32,000 nucleotides of DNA from Blochmannia endosymbiont of Camponotus modoc (GCF_023585785.1 NZ_CP097765.1:720001-752000), one strand, 5' to 3'; counted from the first letter of the stretch, positions 1-12,313 are shown. Program-made: numbers and translations. The notes: generated by a model not told the origin, from the sequence alone.

Positions 1-1108
1 CAAAATTATCTATCCCAACTTGCAAAATTGGAATAATATTATGCTTATTTAAAGAATGAAATAAATCTAGCCATGATCCATATTTTAAAAATTTACTGCT
101 GAAAGTTGCAAATGGGCCAAACAACAAAATCTTCTCACCATTCAATATTCTAGTATCTATATGAGGTACTGACATTGGAGGCGTGTTAACAGATGCTTTT
201 CCATACACTTTAGCTAAATGTTGTGCAACTATCTTCGGATTTTTTGTGACTAAAAACTGACCTCCTACCGGAAATCCAGCGTATCCACAAACTTCTGGAA
301 CTCCAGAACTTTGCAAAAGACTAAGAGATCTTCCTCCGGCTCCTATAAAAACATAATTTGTACGAATACATTTTTTGTGGTTACACCGTCGATCAATTAC
401 ATGTACATCCCAAGTTGCATCGTTATTATTCTGTACAGATCTAACATCATGCTGTAAATACATTTTAAAATTTACATTTTTTTTCAATTCATTCAATAAT
501 TGTTGAGTAAGTGCTCCAAAATTAACATCTGTACCCATCTCCATGCGAGTAGCGGCTATTTTCTGCGATACATTACGTCCGTCAATAATAAGAGGAGCCC
601 ACTGACGAATTTGCTGTAAATCTTCCGAATATACCATACCACTAAACAAAACACTATTTAGCAATGCTTGAAAGCGTTTTTTTAAAAAACAAACGTTTTC
701 TTCTCCCCATACAAAACTCATATGCGGTACATTATTAATAAAGGAACTCGGATATTTAAGTACTTTTATTTGTACTAAATATGCCCAAAATTGCCGCGAT
801 ATTTCAAATGCTTCATTAACAGCAATAGCCTTTGAAATATCAACAGAACAATTTTTATTATTATATTGGGTATAGTTCAGCTCGCAAAATGCTGCATGTC
901 CTGTACCAGCGTTATTCCATACATTAGAGCTTTCCTGTGCTGGCTGATTAAGACGCTCATATATATGAATTCTCCAAGTTGGCTCAAGAATTGTTAAGAA
1001 CATACCAAAAGTTGCGCTCATAATCCCAGCTCCGATTAGCACCACGTCTGCTGAAGATGTAATTTTAATCAATCGATGTTGTTGATTTATAACAGCAACA
1101 TTACTCAT
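1..1108 (-). CDS. mqo: malate:quinone oxidoreductase, partial (C-terminal end lies beyond the window edge)
   Basis: Not in the ORF track because it runs off the window. The reverse strand reads [52 protein letters not shown] from 1108, with an FAD/Rossmann-type motif. I translated the last part as [19 protein letters not shown], open to base 1. Confidence 0.9.
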   Translation of the reverse strand, partial: MSNVAVINQQHRLIKITSSADVVLIGAGIMSATFGMFLTILEPTWRIHIYERLNQPAQESSNVWNNAGTGHAAFCELNYTQYNNKNCSVDISKAIAVNEAFEISRQFWAYLVQIKVLKYPSSFINNVPHMSFVWGEENVCFLKKRFQALLNSVLFSGMVYSEDLQQIRQWAPLIIDGRNVSQKIAATRMEMGTDVNFGALTQQLLNELKKNVNFKMYLQHDVRSVQNNNDATWDVHVIDRRCNHKKCIRTNYVFIGAGGRSLSLLQSSGVPEVCGYAGFPVGGQFLVTKNPKIVAQHLAKVYGKASVNTPPMSVPHIDTRILNGEKILLFGPFATFSSKFLKYGSWLDLFHSLNKHNIIPILQVGIDNF

Positions 1109-1724
1109 ATAATTACTCAAATAATAGTATACTTAACGTATTTAGTTACCGTAATAAAAACAAAAAACTTTTAATAACATGCAATTTATACACCACACAA
1201 AAACCCTTATAATTAGGACCACATCTTAATAAAGAAATAAAAAATAAATTCCAAAAAAACAATTAAAAACAACATTAAATCATATTTTTAACGTTTAATA
1301 CAAATAACATAATTAAAATAATAATTTTATTTTAACAAAAACTTAACTGTTGACGTTTCATGGATACATAATACACTTACAACTAATACCATATCAATTA
1401 CACATAACTTTAACAAAATTCTATAATGATTAATTTTTATAAATTGTATTCTAAACTTGATTAATTACATAATTTATGATAGAACTAACACCGTTAGGTG
1501 TTAAAGAAATATAATATAACCCACATAATTATAGTCTACAGTGTGCTGTTCCTTGTTCTTCTAGAATTAGTTTGCTGGTGTTCGGGGTTTGGTTTTGGTT
1601 TGGTGTCTGTGTTTTAGTGTGCTTTAAATAAAAAAATTTCTTGGTACTGGAAGGTATGGTGATGAAATCGAATTGCCATCGTAGCAGTGTCGCTATTGTA
1701 GTTTAGGGTGTACTGATAATTGTA

Positions 1725-3194
1725 ATGTTGACTTTTGTTAAAGAGGCTTTGACTTTTGATGATGTGTTGATCGTTCCGTCTCGTTCGAGAGTACTTCCTG
1801 CGGAGACGATTTTAAAAAGTTTTTTGACTAATGCTGTTTCTTTGAACATTCCTATTGTATCATCGGCGATGGATACAGTGACTGAGGCAAGTTTAGCTAT
1901 TGCTTTAGCGCAAGAAGGCGGGGTGGGTTTTATTCATAAAAATATGTCTTTGGATCAACAGATTAATGAGGTGCGTCGGGTTAAACGTTATGAAAGTGGA
2001 ATAGTAACAAATCCTCAATGTGTTACTCCTGATACGACTTTACGGCAAGTGAAGGAGTTGACTTCTCGCAATGGATTTGCCGGCTATCCAGTTGTGATGA
2101 ACACAAATGAGTTAGTTGGAATCGTTACGAGTCGTGATGTTAGGTTTGTCAGTGATTTATCAAATTTTGTTTTTTCTGTTATGACTCCTAAAGAACGTTT
2201 GATTACAGTGTTAGAAAAGGAAAATAGAGAAGTAGTATTAAGTAAAATGCATGATAAAAGAGTAGAAAAAATTTTGTTAATTGATGCTTCATTTCGTCTT
2301 AAAGGTATGATCACCGCAAAGGATTTTGAAAAAGCAGAACGTAAACCATATGCGTGTAAAGATAATTATGGAAGATTATGTGTTGGAGCTGCTATTGGAG
2401 TAGGAAAGGATTATAAAGAGCGTGTTGAAGGATTGGTTGATGCTGGTTTAGATGTATTACTTGTTGACTCTTCTCATGGGCATTCAGAGAGAGTATTAGA
2501 TTGTATTGCAACAATTCGAAATATGTATCCTAATTTATCAATTATAGGGGGCAATGTTGTTACGAAAGAAGGTGCATTAGGATTAGTCAAATCTGGTGCT
2601 AACGCAGTGAAAGTTGGTATTGGACCTGGTTCTATTTGTACAACTCGTATTGTTACTGGTGTAGGGATTCCGCAAATTACAGCTATTTCTGATGTGGCAG
2701 AGGCCTTAAAAAATACGAATGTCCCGGTTATTGCAGATGGTGGTATTCGGTTTTCTGGTGACATTGCTAAAGCGATAGCGGCTGGCGCACATTGTGTAAT
2801 GGTTGGTTCGTTGCTAGCAGGTACAGAGGAATCTCCAGGAGATATAGAATTTTATCAGGGTAGATCTTTTAAGACTTATAGAGGTATGGGTTCTTTAGGG
2901 GCTATGTCTCAAGGCTCTGCTGACAGATATTTTCAACAACAGGATCCTGTTATTACTCATAAACTGGTTCCGGAAGGGATAGAAGGACGTGTTCCTTACA
3001 AAGGAAAATTAGAGACGATTATACATCAATTGATGGGGGGCTTGCGTTCTTGTATGGGTTTGACGGGCTGCGTTACTATTAATGATTTGAGAACGCAAGC
3101 TAGGTTTGTGCGCGTCAGCTATTCGGGCATGCAGGAAAGTCATGTGCACGATGTGATAATAACAAAGGAATCGCCTAATTATCGTTTACGATGA
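1725..3194 (+). CDS. guaB: IMP dehydrogenase
   Basis: 489 aa. [21 protein letters not shown] start, tandem CBS region, catalytic loop [15 protein letters not shown], followed directly by guaA. Confidence 0.97.
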   Translation: MLTFVKEALTFDDVLIVPSRSRVLPAETILKSFLTNAVSLNIPIVSSAMDTVTEASLAIALAQEGGVGFIHKNMSLDQQINEVRRVKRYESGIVTNPQCVTPDTTLRQVKELTSRNGFAGYPVVMNTNELVGIVTSRDVRFVSDLSNFVFSVMTPKERLITVLEKENREVVLSKMHDKRVEKILLIDASFRLKGMITAKDFEKAERKPYACKDNYGRLCVGAAIGVGKDYKERVEGLVDAGLDVLLVDSSHGHSERVLDCIATIRNMYPNLSIIGGNVVTKEGALGLVKSGANAVKVGIGPGSICTTRIVTGVGIPQITAISDVAEALKNTNVPVIADGGIRFSGDIAKAIAAGAHCVMVGSLLAGTEESPGDIEFYQGRSFKTYRGMGSLGAMSQGSADRYFQQQDPVITHKLVPEGIEGRVPYKGKLETIIHQLMGGLRSCMGLTGCVTINDLRTQARFVRVSYSGMQESHVHDVIITKESPNYRLR

Positions 3195-3334
3195 TTATTA
3201 TAGTCAGTTAAGTTTAAGTGTGTATGAATGCATTATTTTTGCAGTTTGTGCGGTGTGGTGCAATGAACGTTGTTGATCATTAATGTGTCGTTGATCAATG
3301 ATAGATTAATATAAATAATAGAATAATCTATAAT

Positions 3335-4912
3335 GTGAAATGTAACAATTATCGTATTTTAGTGATAGATTTTGGATCTCAATACACTCAGTTGTTGTTG
3401 AGAAGAATTCGTGAATTAGGAGTATACTCTGAATCTTGTTCTTGGAACATCAGTGAATCTCAAGTATATGCATTTAATCCTAATGGTATTATTCTTTCTG
3501 GAGGTCCTCATAGTGTTATCGATAGTTATTCTCCGTATATTCCTGAATTTGTGTTTCAATTAGGTGTGCCGATATTTGGAATTTGTTATGGTATGCAAAT
3601 TATGTCGTTTCAATTAGGTGGACGAGTAGAACGTGTTATTGCGCAGCGTGAATTTGGTTGTACTCAAGTAACAATTCTTTCTAAAAGCGTTCTTATAAAT
3701 GATATCTATGATTATGTTGATGGCGTTACGGGGCGTTTTGCTCTTGATGTATGGATGAGTCACGGGGATGTTGTTACTACTGTTCCCAAAGATTTTACGG
3801 TTATTGGTATTAATAAGCATCAACAAGTTGCTATGATGGCTAATGAAAATCGTCATTTATATGGTGTTCAATTTCACCCGGAAGTTACTCATACTAAAAA
3901 AGGAAAAAGTATTTTAGAACGTTTTATTACGTGTATTTGTCGCTGTAAATCTTCTTGGAAAATAGCGAATATTATTGATGATATTGTTATGGATACTCGT
4001 GTAAAAGTAGGTAATGATAAAGTAGTTCTTGGGTTTTCAGGTGGCATTGATTCCCTTGTTACAGCTTTATTATTACGACGCGCAATTGGTCATCAGTTTA
4101 TCTGTATTTATATTGATAATGGGTTATTATCAAATTATGAATTTGATCGAATTAAAAATTTTTGTGCTCTAAATTGTAATTTAGATATTATTTATCTGTC
4201 GAAAGAACAACGATTTTTCAATGCTTTGATTGGAGTTAACGATCCAGAGAAAAAAAGAAAAATAATTGGTAGAGTTTTTACAGAAGTTTTTGAAGAGCAA
4301 ATTCGCAATTTAGTAGCTGTAAAATGGTTGGCTCAGGGTACTATATATTCAGATGTTATTGAATCTGGTGTATCTTTATCTTCTTTTAAAAATGTGATTA
4401 AATCGCATCATAATGTAGGTGGTTTTTGTGGAATTACGAATATTCAATTACTAGAGCCGATAAGAAATTTATTTAAAGATGAAGTTCGCAGTATTGGATT
4501 GGATTTAGGGATACCTTACGATATAGCTTATCGTCATCCATTTCCAGGACCTGGATTAGCTATTAGAATATTAGGTGAAGTAAAAAAAGAATATTGTGAT
4601 ATTTTACGTAGAGTAGATTTGATTTTTATCGAAGAACTTAAGCGTGAACATTTATATTCTAAAATTAGTCAGGCCTTCGCAGTATTTTTACCGACGCATT
4701 CAGTAGGAATACAGGGTGATCAGCGTAAGTATAAGTGGGTAATTGCTCTTCGTGCAGTGGAAACTATAGATTTTATGACAGCGCATTGGGCTTATTTATC
4801 TTATGATTTTTTAAACAAGGTATCTAATCGTATCGTCAATGAAGTTGAGGAAGTATCTCGTGTGGTGTATGATATTTCCTCAAAACCTCCGGCTACTATT
4901 GAATGGGAATAA
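3335..4912 (+). CDS. guaA: GMP synthase (glutamine-hydrolysing)
   Basis: 525 aa. Class I amidotransferase motifs GICYGMQ and [13 protein letters not shown]-PPase loop [11 protein letters not shown]-terminal KPPATIEWE. Confidence 0.97.
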   Translation: MKCNNYRILVIDFGSQYTQLLLRRIRELGVYSESCSWNISESQVYAFNPNGIILSGGPHSVIDSYSPYIPEFVFQLGVPIFGICYGMQIMSFQLGGRVERVIAQREFGCTQVTILSKSVLINDIYDYVDGVTGRFALDVWMSHGDVVTTVPKDFTVIGINKHQQVAMMANENRHLYGVQFHPEVTHTKKGKSILERFITCICRCKSSWKIANIIDDIVMDTRVKVGNDKVVLGFSGGIDSLVTALLLRRAIGHQFICIYIDNGLLSNYEFDRIKNFCALNCNLDIIYLSKEQRFFNALIGVNDPEKKRKIIGRVFTEVFEEQIRNLVAVKWLAQGTIYSDVIESGVSLSSFKNVIKSHHNVGGFCGITNIQLLEPIRNLFKDEVRSIGLDLGIPYDIAYRHPFPGPGLAIRILGEVKKEYCDILRRVDLIFIEELKREHLYSKISQAFAVFLPTHSVGIQGDQRKYKWVIALRAVETIDFMTAHWAYLSYDFLNKVSNRIVNEVEEVSRVVYDISSKPPATIEWE

Positions 4913-5310
4913 ATGTATTGTATAATATTAATATATTATAGGTTGAATATTTTTGTGTGCTTTTATTGTTTTATGTGACGATAATTTAGATATGTGTTTC
5001 CATAGTGGGAGTACTATAATTTACTTACTAAATGTGTATCAATAGTAAAAAATTTATAATAAGACAGGAAGAGTATGTGATGAATGCTGTAAAATTAAAT
5101 AAGTATGTATGTCATGAGGATTTGTATTTATGTGGATTATTCTGTATTTCTTGCAGAGGTGTTTTCTCTACTTAAAAATAAATAAATATATATATGCATG
5201 ATAATTATTTCATAGTGTTTAATAAAAGTTAATGTAGTTATTATTGTTTTAATAATTTTTTTAATGGATTTATTGTTTTAATTTTTGAAAATATTTTATT
5301 TTTCATTTGA

Positions 5311-6147
5311 ATGAGTGACGAATTATCTCGGAAGTTGATTGACGGTTGGCTAGCGGAGCTAAGATTAAATTTTGCTTTACGTGGTGGACGTAGTGTGTTG
5401 ACTAAATGCAGGCATGTTGGTCCATTTTACGTGAAAAAGGTTTTTTACTCGGAAAATGATGACATTCCACATGTATATTTGTTACATCCTCCTGGTGGGT
5501 TAGTGGGAGGGGACAAATTGGTACTGGATGTTAAATTGGAGTCAGATAGCCGGGTATTATTAACGACCCCTGGTGCTGCTAAATTTTATCGTAGTAACGG
5601 TATGTATGCAGAACAGAAACATACGTTTAGGTTAGCACGTAATACTGCTTTAGAATGGGTTCCTCAAAGCAGTATTTTTTTTCCTAAATCTAAAGCAAAA
5701 ATAGATACTACTTTTATTATAGAACAAGGATCTAGAATTATATCATTTGATATGTTATGTTTTAGAAATTTATCATTAGGAACTTCTATTTATCCAGAGG
5801 AAGTAGATATCCATTTGAATATTTGTTTATCTGATTCGATTGGATTACAGGAACGTTTGCGGATTAATGAATCAAATTGTGTTATGAAGTTAGGCGGATT
5901 CCGAATAAGTGCTTTACTTTTTGCTGTTCCATCGGATGAAAAAATATTATATGAGGTACGTAAATTAATAACATCAGTTAAACATTTTCAAGTTGGAGGC
6001 GCTACATTGTTAGATGAGATTCTTGTAGTACGATTATTAGGTAATGATAATCAGTATTTAAAAAAAATGCTTCATCATATTTGGTATGTTATACGTCCTT
6101 TTATAATGGGGAGAAAAGCTATGCTACCTCGTATTTGGCTGACATAA
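5311..6147 (+). CDS. ureD: urease accessory protein UreD
   Basis: 278 aa, first gene of the urease block. Motifs YLLHPPGGLVGGD and LLTTPGAAKFYRS. Confidence 0.93.
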   Translation: MSDELSRKLIDGWLAELRLNFALRGGRSVLTKCRHVGPFYVKKVFYSENDDIPHVYLLHPPGGLVGGDKLVLDVKLESDSRVLLTTPGAAKFYRSNGMYAEQKHTFRLARNTALEWVPQSSIFFPKSKAKIDTTFIIEQGSRIISFDMLCFRNLSLGTSIYPEEVDIHLNICLSDSIGLQERLRINESNCVMKLGGFRISALLFAVPSDEKILYEVRKLITSVKHFQVGGATLLDEILVVRLLGNDNQYLKKMLHHIWYVIRPFIMGRKAMLPRIWLT

Positions 6148-6161
6148 GCTAAGGAAGATCT

Positions 6162-6464
6162 ATGAAGTTATTACCTCGTGAAAAAGATAAATTATTGTTA
6201 TTTACGGCAGCATTGTTAGCAGAAAAGCGTCGAAATCGCGGGTTAAAATTAAATTATCCAGAAGCGATAGCATTAATTAGCTCTGTAATTTTGGAGGGTG
6301 CTCGTGAAGGGAAAAGTGTTGCAGAATTGATGGATATAGGTAAAAACGTATTGACTAGAGATGATGTTATGATAGGAGTGCCTGAAATGATTACTAATGT
6401 ACAAGTGGAAGCTACTTTTAGTGATGGAACCAAATTAGTAACAGTACATGATCCAATAATTTAA
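6162..6464 (+). CDS. ureA: urease gamma subunit
   Basis: 100 aa. [40 protein letters not shown], ends VTVHDPII. Stop/start overlap (TAATG) with ureB. Confidence 0.97.
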   Translation: MKLLPREKDKLLLFTAALLAEKRRNRGLKLNYPEAIALISSVILEGAREGKSVAELMDIGKNVLTRDDVMIGVPEMITNVQVEATFSDGTKLVTVHDPII

Positions 6465-6796
6465 TGAATGAAGATACCAATAATATTATGATACCAGGTG
6501 AATTCTACATTTCTCATGGAAATATAGAATTGAATGTTGGAAGACAAAAAGTGTTAGTAACCGTTGTAAATACTGGAGATAGACCCATACAGATTGGTTC
6601 TCATTTTCATTTTTATGAGGTTAATAGTGCTTTAAAATTTAATCGAGTTATCGCTCGTGGGTTTCGCTTAAATATTCCATCAGGAACAGCAATACGTTTT
6701 GAACCAGGACAGTTTAGGACCGTGGAACTTGTAAGATATGCAGGTGCATGTAAAATTTATGGGTTTTGTAAAGCCATTATGGGAAAGTTAGATTAG
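6464..6796 (+). CDS. ureB: urease beta subunit
   Basis: 110 aa. [39 protein letters not shown]-like core, [10 protein letters not shown]. Confidence 0.96.
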   Translation: MNEDTNNIMIPGEFYISHGNIELNVGRQKVLVTVVNTGDRPIQIGSHFHFYEVNSALKFNRVIARGFRLNIPSGTAIRFEPGQFRTVELVRYAGACKIYGFCKAIMGKLD

Positions 6797-6798
6797 TT

Positions 6799-8502
6799 AT
6801 GTTATTATCTAAACATAATTATGTCTCTCTATTTGGACCAACTATTGGTGATTCTGTGCGATTAGCAGATACTGAATTGTGGATAAGAATAGAAAAAGAT
6901 TTTACTGTGTATGGGGAAGAAGTAAAATTTGGGGGAGGCAAAGTTATACGAGATGGTATGGGTCAAGGCCAAATGAGTAGTAAAGATTGTGTTGATTTAG
7001 TATTGACTAATGCAATAATTATTGATTATTGGGGAATAATAAAAGCAGATATTGGTATCAATAATGGGCGTATATCAGGTATTGGAAAAGCAGGAAATCC
7101 GGATGTACAGCCAGATGTGACAATATTTATTGGCCCTGGAACAGAGATAATAGCAGCGGAAGGTAAAATTGTTACAGCTGGAGGAATTGACGCTCATGTT
7201 CATTTTATTTGTCCTCAGCAAGTAGAAGAAGCACTGAGTTCTGGAATTACTACATTTATCGGAGGTGGCACTGGACCAGCAACAGGAAGTAATGCAACTA
7301 CCTGTACTCCAGGTCCTTGGTTTATATCTCGTATGCTACAAGTAGCAGACACCTTGCCTATTAATATTGGGGTTACCGGTAAAGGTAGTGCTTCTTTCCC
7401 TGATGCTTTAGAAGAACAAATAATCGCAGGGGCGATTGGTTTAAAGGTGCATGAAGATTGGGGTGCAACTCCTGCTGCTATCGATTGTTGTTTGAATGTG
7501 GCTGATCGTTTTGATATTCAGGTTTCTATTCATACTGATACTTTAAATGAATCAGGATTTGTTGAAGATACCTTATCTGCTATCAAAGGCAGAACAGTGC
7601 ATGCTTATCATACTGAGGGCGCAGGCGGAGGACATTCTCCAGATATTATACGCATGTGTGGATTTACCAATGTGTTACCATCATCTACTAATCCTACTAT
7701 GCCTTATACTGTTAATACAATAGATGAGCATTTAGATATGATGATGGTTTGTCATAATCTGAATCCTAATCTTCCTGAAGATATGGCATTTTCAGAGTCT
7801 AGAATTCGGAGGGAGACAATTGCAGCTGAAGATGTACTACATGATCTTGGAGCTTTATCTATGATTTCTTCTGATTCTCAAGCTATGGGACGAGTTGGAG
7901 AAGTGATTTTACGTACTTGGCAGACAGCGCATAAGATGAAACTACAGAGAGGTTCATTATTAGGTGATGCTACTAGATATGATGATAATGTTCGCGTAAA
8001 ACGGTATGTTGCTAAATATACAATTAATCCGGCGATAACTCATGGAATTTCTCATGAAGTTGGTTCTGTTGAAATAGGAAAATTGGCAGATTTAGTATTA
8101 TGGTCTCCTGTTTTTTTTGGAGTTAAGCCAGAGTTAATAATTAAAGGCGGTATGATTATCTCTTCTGCTATGGGAGATCCTAATGCTTCTATACCGACTC
8201 CTCAACCAGTACATTATCGATTAATGTTTGGAGCACTTGGTAAAGCAAAACATGCTACACGTATGACTTTTGTATCTCAAGTTGCTTATAATTCAGAGTT
8301 AACAGATTATTTAAAGTTGGTTAGTTTGATTGGTGAGGTTCGTCATTGCAGAGATATTCAAAAAAAGAATATGATTAATAATTCTTGGCAACCAATTATT
8401 GAAGTAGATTCTCAGACTTACCAAGTACGTGCTAATGGAGAATTATTAACTTGTGAGCCCGCATCTGTATTACCAATGTCACAACGTTATTTTCTGTTTT
8501 AA
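6799..8502 (+). CDS. ureC: urease alpha subunit (catalytic)
   Basis: 567 aa. Nickel ligand motifs [14 protein letters not shown] and [16 protein letters not shown] (carbamylated Lys), GHAPD-type [10 protein letters not shown], flap MVCHNLN. Confidence 0.97.
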   Translation: MLLSKHNYVSLFGPTIGDSVRLADTELWIRIEKDFTVYGEEVKFGGGKVIRDGMGQGQMSSKDCVDLVLTNAIIIDYWGIIKADIGINNGRISGIGKAGNPDVQPDVTIFIGPGTEIIAAEGKIVTAGGIDAHVHFICPQQVEEALSSGITTFIGGGTGPATGSNATTCTPGPWFISRMLQVADTLPINIGVTGKGSASFPDALEEQIIAGAIGLKVHEDWGATPAAIDCCLNVADRFDIQVSIHTDTLNESGFVEDTLSAIKGRTVHAYHTEGAGGGHSPDIIRMCGFTNVLPSSTNPTMPYTVNTIDEHLDMMMVCHNLNPNLPEDMAFSESRIRRETIAAEDVLHDLGALSMISSDSQAMGRVGEVILRTWQTAHKMKLQRGSLLGDATRYDDNVRVKRYVAKYTINPAITHGISHEVGSVEIGKLADLVLWSPVFFGVKPELIIKGGMIISSAMGDPNASIPTPQPVHYRLMFGALGKAKHATRMTFVSQVAYNSELTDYLKLVSLIGEVRHCRDIQKKNMINNSWQPIIEVDSQTYQVRANGELLTCEPASVLPMSQRYFLF

Positions 8503-8966
8503 TATGAAATATAATCACATGTGATATATATATGATGTGGATATTGTTTTTTATTAAATGCTTTGAATAATTTTTTGGTATTGGGATAATAACAGAAATT
8601 ATTAGTGTTATAATATTCGGTGGTAATGAAGAATTGTATATGTGATTTGTAATGTTTAGTGATCTTTAATGATATTGTATGGAGATAACTGGAAATCCAA
8701 ATAAATATATTATAAGGATGGATGTTTATGATATAGGTAGAGTTTAATGTTATATTTACACTTATATATTCTTATTAATAAGATTTACAATATAATGTAT
8801 CGTGGTATGTATTAAGTATATTTAAACAAAATTGCTGATATACTAAAATAAATATTCTTGCGAATAAAGAAACAGAGTTTTTTGTGATTGTTATTTCTGT
8901 AATAATTCGAGACTACAATGATATTTATATTAGTAATTTATACATATTATGTAGATTATTATAATT

Positions 8967-9653
8967 ATGTGTGCTGATCACGGTATTAGTTCAGTCTTGT
9001 CTTTGATGCAATTGGTTAGTTCTAACTTTCCTGTGGGAGGTTTTTCTTATTCACAAGGTTTAGAGTGGGCGGTAGAATGTAATTGGGTTAATTCTGTAGA
9101 AACTTTTTATTCTTGGCAACAACAATGGATTGATGGGCCATTAATTTATTTAGAGTGGCCGATGCTTAAGCGTTGCTACTATTATACTCAAATTAAAGAT
9201 GAAATGAGTTTTTTTCAATGTGCATTAAGGATATTGTCTTATCGCGATACTCATGAGCTTAGATTAGAAGAACAACAACGCGGAAAAGCGTTGTCGAGAA
9301 TCATATTGCAATGGTATCCATTTACGGATGGTGGGACTTGGTTATCGGCTTTAGAACATAGTGGCTTAGCATCTATAGCATGGTTAGGGTATATGTGGGA
9401 TATTTCTTTAGAAAATTTAGCGTTAGGGTATGCCTATAATATGTTGGAATCTGCTACAATGACGGGACTGAAATTAGTGCCTTTTGGGCAAATAACTGCT
9501 CAGAAATTATTAAGATCTTTGGTGGAGCGCCTTCCGAATGATTGGAAGAAATCTGATATGATAACAGATCATGAATTGGGCAATGGCTTTCCGTTGCAAT
9601 CCATAGCATCCTCCTGTCATGAGACACAATATTCACGATTATTTCGTTCCTAA
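8967..9653 (+). CDS. ureF: urease accessory protein UreF
   Basis: 228 aa. LMQLVSSNFPVGGFSYSQGLEWAVE, C-terminal HETQYSRLFRS. Confidence 0.94.
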   Translation: MCADHGISSVLSLMQLVSSNFPVGGFSYSQGLEWAVECNWVNSVETFYSWQQQWIDGPLIYLEWPMLKRCYYYTQIKDEMSFFQCALRILSYRDTHELRLEEQQRGKALSRIILQWYPFTDGGTWLSALEHSGLASIAWLGYMWDISLENLALGYAYNMLESATMTGLKLVPFGQITAQKLLRSLVERLPNDWKKSDMITDHELGNGFPLQSIASSCHETQYSRLFRS

Positions 9654-9698
9654 AAGTATTTTATTTTTAATAAAATATACGTATTTAGAATATATTAT

Positions 9699-10358
9699 GT
9701 GGATAATCAATTTTTAATTGAGGGAAAATGCATTTTGTTATTAAATCAATATAAACAACCATTTCGTATAGGTGTAGGCGGTCCTGTAGGATCAGGTAAA
9801 ACCGCATTACTTGAAGTGTTATGTAAAAGAATGAAGGATAGCTATCAATTAGCGGTAGTAACCAATGATATTTATACTAAAGAAGATCAACGTATTTTGA
9901 TAGATGCAAATGCTTTGTCGGCTGACCGTATTGTTGGAGTAGAAACTGGAGGATGTCCACATACTGCTATTCGTGAAGATGCTTCTATGAATTTATTAGC
10001 TGTAGAAGAATTAATATCAAAATTTAATAATTTGGATATTATTTTTATTGAAAGTGGTGGAGATAATTTGAGTGCTACTTTTAGTCCAGAATTGTCAGAT
10101 TTAAATCTATATGTTATTGATGTAGCTGCAGGTGATAAAATACCGCGAAAAGGTGGACCAGGTATTACACGTTCTGATTTTTTAATAATTAACAAAATTG
10201 ATTTAGCTGAATATGTGGGAGCATCGTTAGAAATAATGAATCGTGATACAAATATTATGCGTAAAGGTTTACCGTGGTCTTTTACTAATTTAAAAACAGG
10301 TTATGGTGTACAATCTGTTGTTGATTTTATTTTGACACAACGATTATCTTTTCGGTAG
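9699..10358 (+). CDS. ureG: urease accessory GTPase UreG
   Basis: 219 aa. P-loop [17 protein letters not shown], metal-binding [48 protein letters not shown]. Confidence 0.96.
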   Translation: MDNQFLIEGKCILLLNQYKQPFRIGVGGPVGSGKTALLEVLCKRMKDSYQLAVVTNDIYTKEDQRILIDANALSADRIVGVETGGCPHTAIREDASMNLLAVEELISKFNNLDIIFIESGGDNLSATFSPELSDLNLYVIDVAAGDKIPRKGGPGITRSDFLIINKIDLAEYVGASLEIMNRDTNIMRKGLPWSFTNLKTGYGVQSVVDFILTQRLSFR

Positions 10359-11428
10359 AACAATATAGTTCATTGAAATTTTTTCGTAATAATGATTTTT
10401 TTATGAAAAATAAATGCATGAATTTTTTAAAAATTATATAGATATATATGTTAATTATGTATTTGAAGTAGATGTTTCACATCTACTTATATTTGTGTTT
10501 TGTCGTTTTGACGGTCGCTTGATATCAGAACGAGAAATATAAAAATTATTTAATTAAATATTAACTTAATGGACGCGGCGTTTCCGTATGTAACATTCTA
10601 GAGCGGTAGTACTATCATAGATAGATTATTGTTTAATTAATGTTATATAGTAGAGTAGGAGGAGTAACAACATTGTTATTATAGGTTTTGTGGTAATTCC
10701 AAGCGTTTATAGAAGCGTAGATTAGTCTAGCAAATAATATTGTAAAACTAATTAATAATATCCATTTGGCAACGCGTATTTTTTTCTTTTTTCTTTTCAT
10801 AAATAACAATAAGAAAATTATTAAAACAACCCCATTGTAACATTTATTGATAAAAAATCACAAATATTCTATGAAATATATATTTTTATTTAATTCTAAA
10901 ATTATTATTTATTAAAGTATGGAAATGCATTTTCATTGTAAAATGTGTTTTTTTATTTAAAATATTAAATTAAAATTAATAAAAGTTATTTATTTTCGTT
11001 TTTGAAGGGATTGATTTTTTTATGGATTTAAAAAATTAATTATTAAATAATTTTTTCGGTTGTTTATTGTATTTATTTTGACGTGAACGATTTTTACGTG
11101 AATGAATATATAGAAGTTTTAATTATTGTCAAAATAGCATGAAATATTCATAATCATACTTCTAATTTTTGGTATAGACGTTTTTATATTAGTTTATTTA
11201 TAGATAAGTACATTGTTATCATAACACACTGTATTTGAATATTTATTTTATTTTTAAACACAAGATAATGATACTATTTGCAATAGTTGTAACGTAAAAT
11301 GATATCTATTAATTAAATTTAGAAGATTATGTTAAATAATCCTATGTTTACATTTGGTTTGCATTGTATATAGGAGAGTAAATGATTTAATATATTACAA
11401 GTGAGTTTTTATTTTATCAATAAAATTC

Positions 11429-11501
11429 TTCAAATATCAATTTAAATAATATCCCATATTTATTATCTAAATATGGGATATTATTTAAATTGATATTTGA
11501 A
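11429..11501. repeat. perfect inverted repeat: 34-bp arms (11429..11462 and 11468..11501) around a 5-nt loop, just upstream of upp
   Basis: Read directly: ttcaaatatcaatttaaataatatcccatattta / ttatc / taaatatgggatattatttaaattgatatttgaa. The arms are exact reverse complements. Confidence 0.95.
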
Positions 11502-11552
11502 AGTATAATTGCTCAGTTTTGAGTATTTGCTTTCATGGAGAACAAAATTGAT

Positions 11553-12179
11553 ATGAAAATAGTTGAAATTAAACATCCATTAGTACGTCACAAATTAGGA
11601 TTAATGCGTATTTGTGATATTAGCACTAAACGTTTTAGAGAATTGTCTTCAGAATTAGGCAGTTTATTAACTTATGTAGCTACCGATGACTTAGAAATGG
11701 AAATAGTAACTATTAAAGGGTGGTGTGGATTGGTGAAAATTGCGCGTATTAAGGGAAAAAAAATAACAGTGGTACCAATTTTACGCGCTGGATTAGGCAT
11801 GATGAATGGTGTATTAGAGCATCTTCCAAGCGCACGTATTAGTATAATAGGGATTTATCGTAATGAAATTACTTTTGAGCCGATTCCATATTTTCATAAA
11901 TTAGTTTCCAATATTCATGAACGTATGGCTATGGTGTTAGATCCTATGTTAGCTACTGGTGGATCAATAATTGCTACTATTGATTTATTAAAGAAATTTG
12001 GATGTAATAATATAAAGGTTTTATCGATAGTGGCGGCCCCAGAAGGAATTGAAGCCTTAGAAGAAAAACATCCAGATATTGAATTATATTTAGCTTCTAT
12101 AGATCAAAAAATTAATAAAAATGGTTACATTATACCAGGATTTGGAGATGCTGGCGATAAAACATTTGGAACTAAATAA
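11553..12179 (+). CDS. upp: uracil phosphoribosyltransferase
   Basis: The track ORF starts at 11535. The family start [19 protein letters not shown] is codon 7 (11553), preceded by a ggagaa Shine-Dalgarno-like sequence, giving 208 aa. PRPP loop MLATGGS. Confidence 0.93.
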   Translation: MKIVEIKHPLVRHKLGLMRICDISTKRFRELSSELGSLLTYVATDDLEMEIVTIKGWCGLVKIARIKGKKITVVPILRAGLGMMNGVLEHLPSARISIIGIYRNEITFEPIPYFHKLVSNIHERMAMVLDPMLATGGSIIATIDLLKKFGCNNIKVLSIVAAPEGIEALEEKHPDIELYLASIDQKINKNGYIIPGFGDAGDKTFGTK

Positions 12180-12313
12180 TATATAATCTTTTATATTAAG
12201 AATTTTTTAATTGTTTTAAATCTATTTGCTATATGGATCTTATATTATGGATTTTTCGTCAATAATTAATAATAATATAAAGATGAATGCATATATATAT
12301 GCATATGCTGTTA

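Noticed and set aside
2084-2764. Minus-strand ORFs of 76 and 96 aa
   Set aside because: Antisense to guaB, no family features.
3614-3856. Minus-strand ORF of 80 aa
   Set aside because: Antisense to guaA, low complexity.
4917-4941. AT palindrome-like run after guaA
   Set aside because: Imperfect and made of A/T only; insufficient to call a terminator.
9454-10195. Minus-strand ORFs of 60 aa (9454..9636) and 102 aa (9887..10195)
   Set aside because: Antisense to ureF and ureG, no recognisable product.
12287-12304. Palindrome atgcatatatatatgcat
   Set aside because: Simple AT alternation flanked by atgc/gcat; expected occasionally in this composition, not reported as a functional site.
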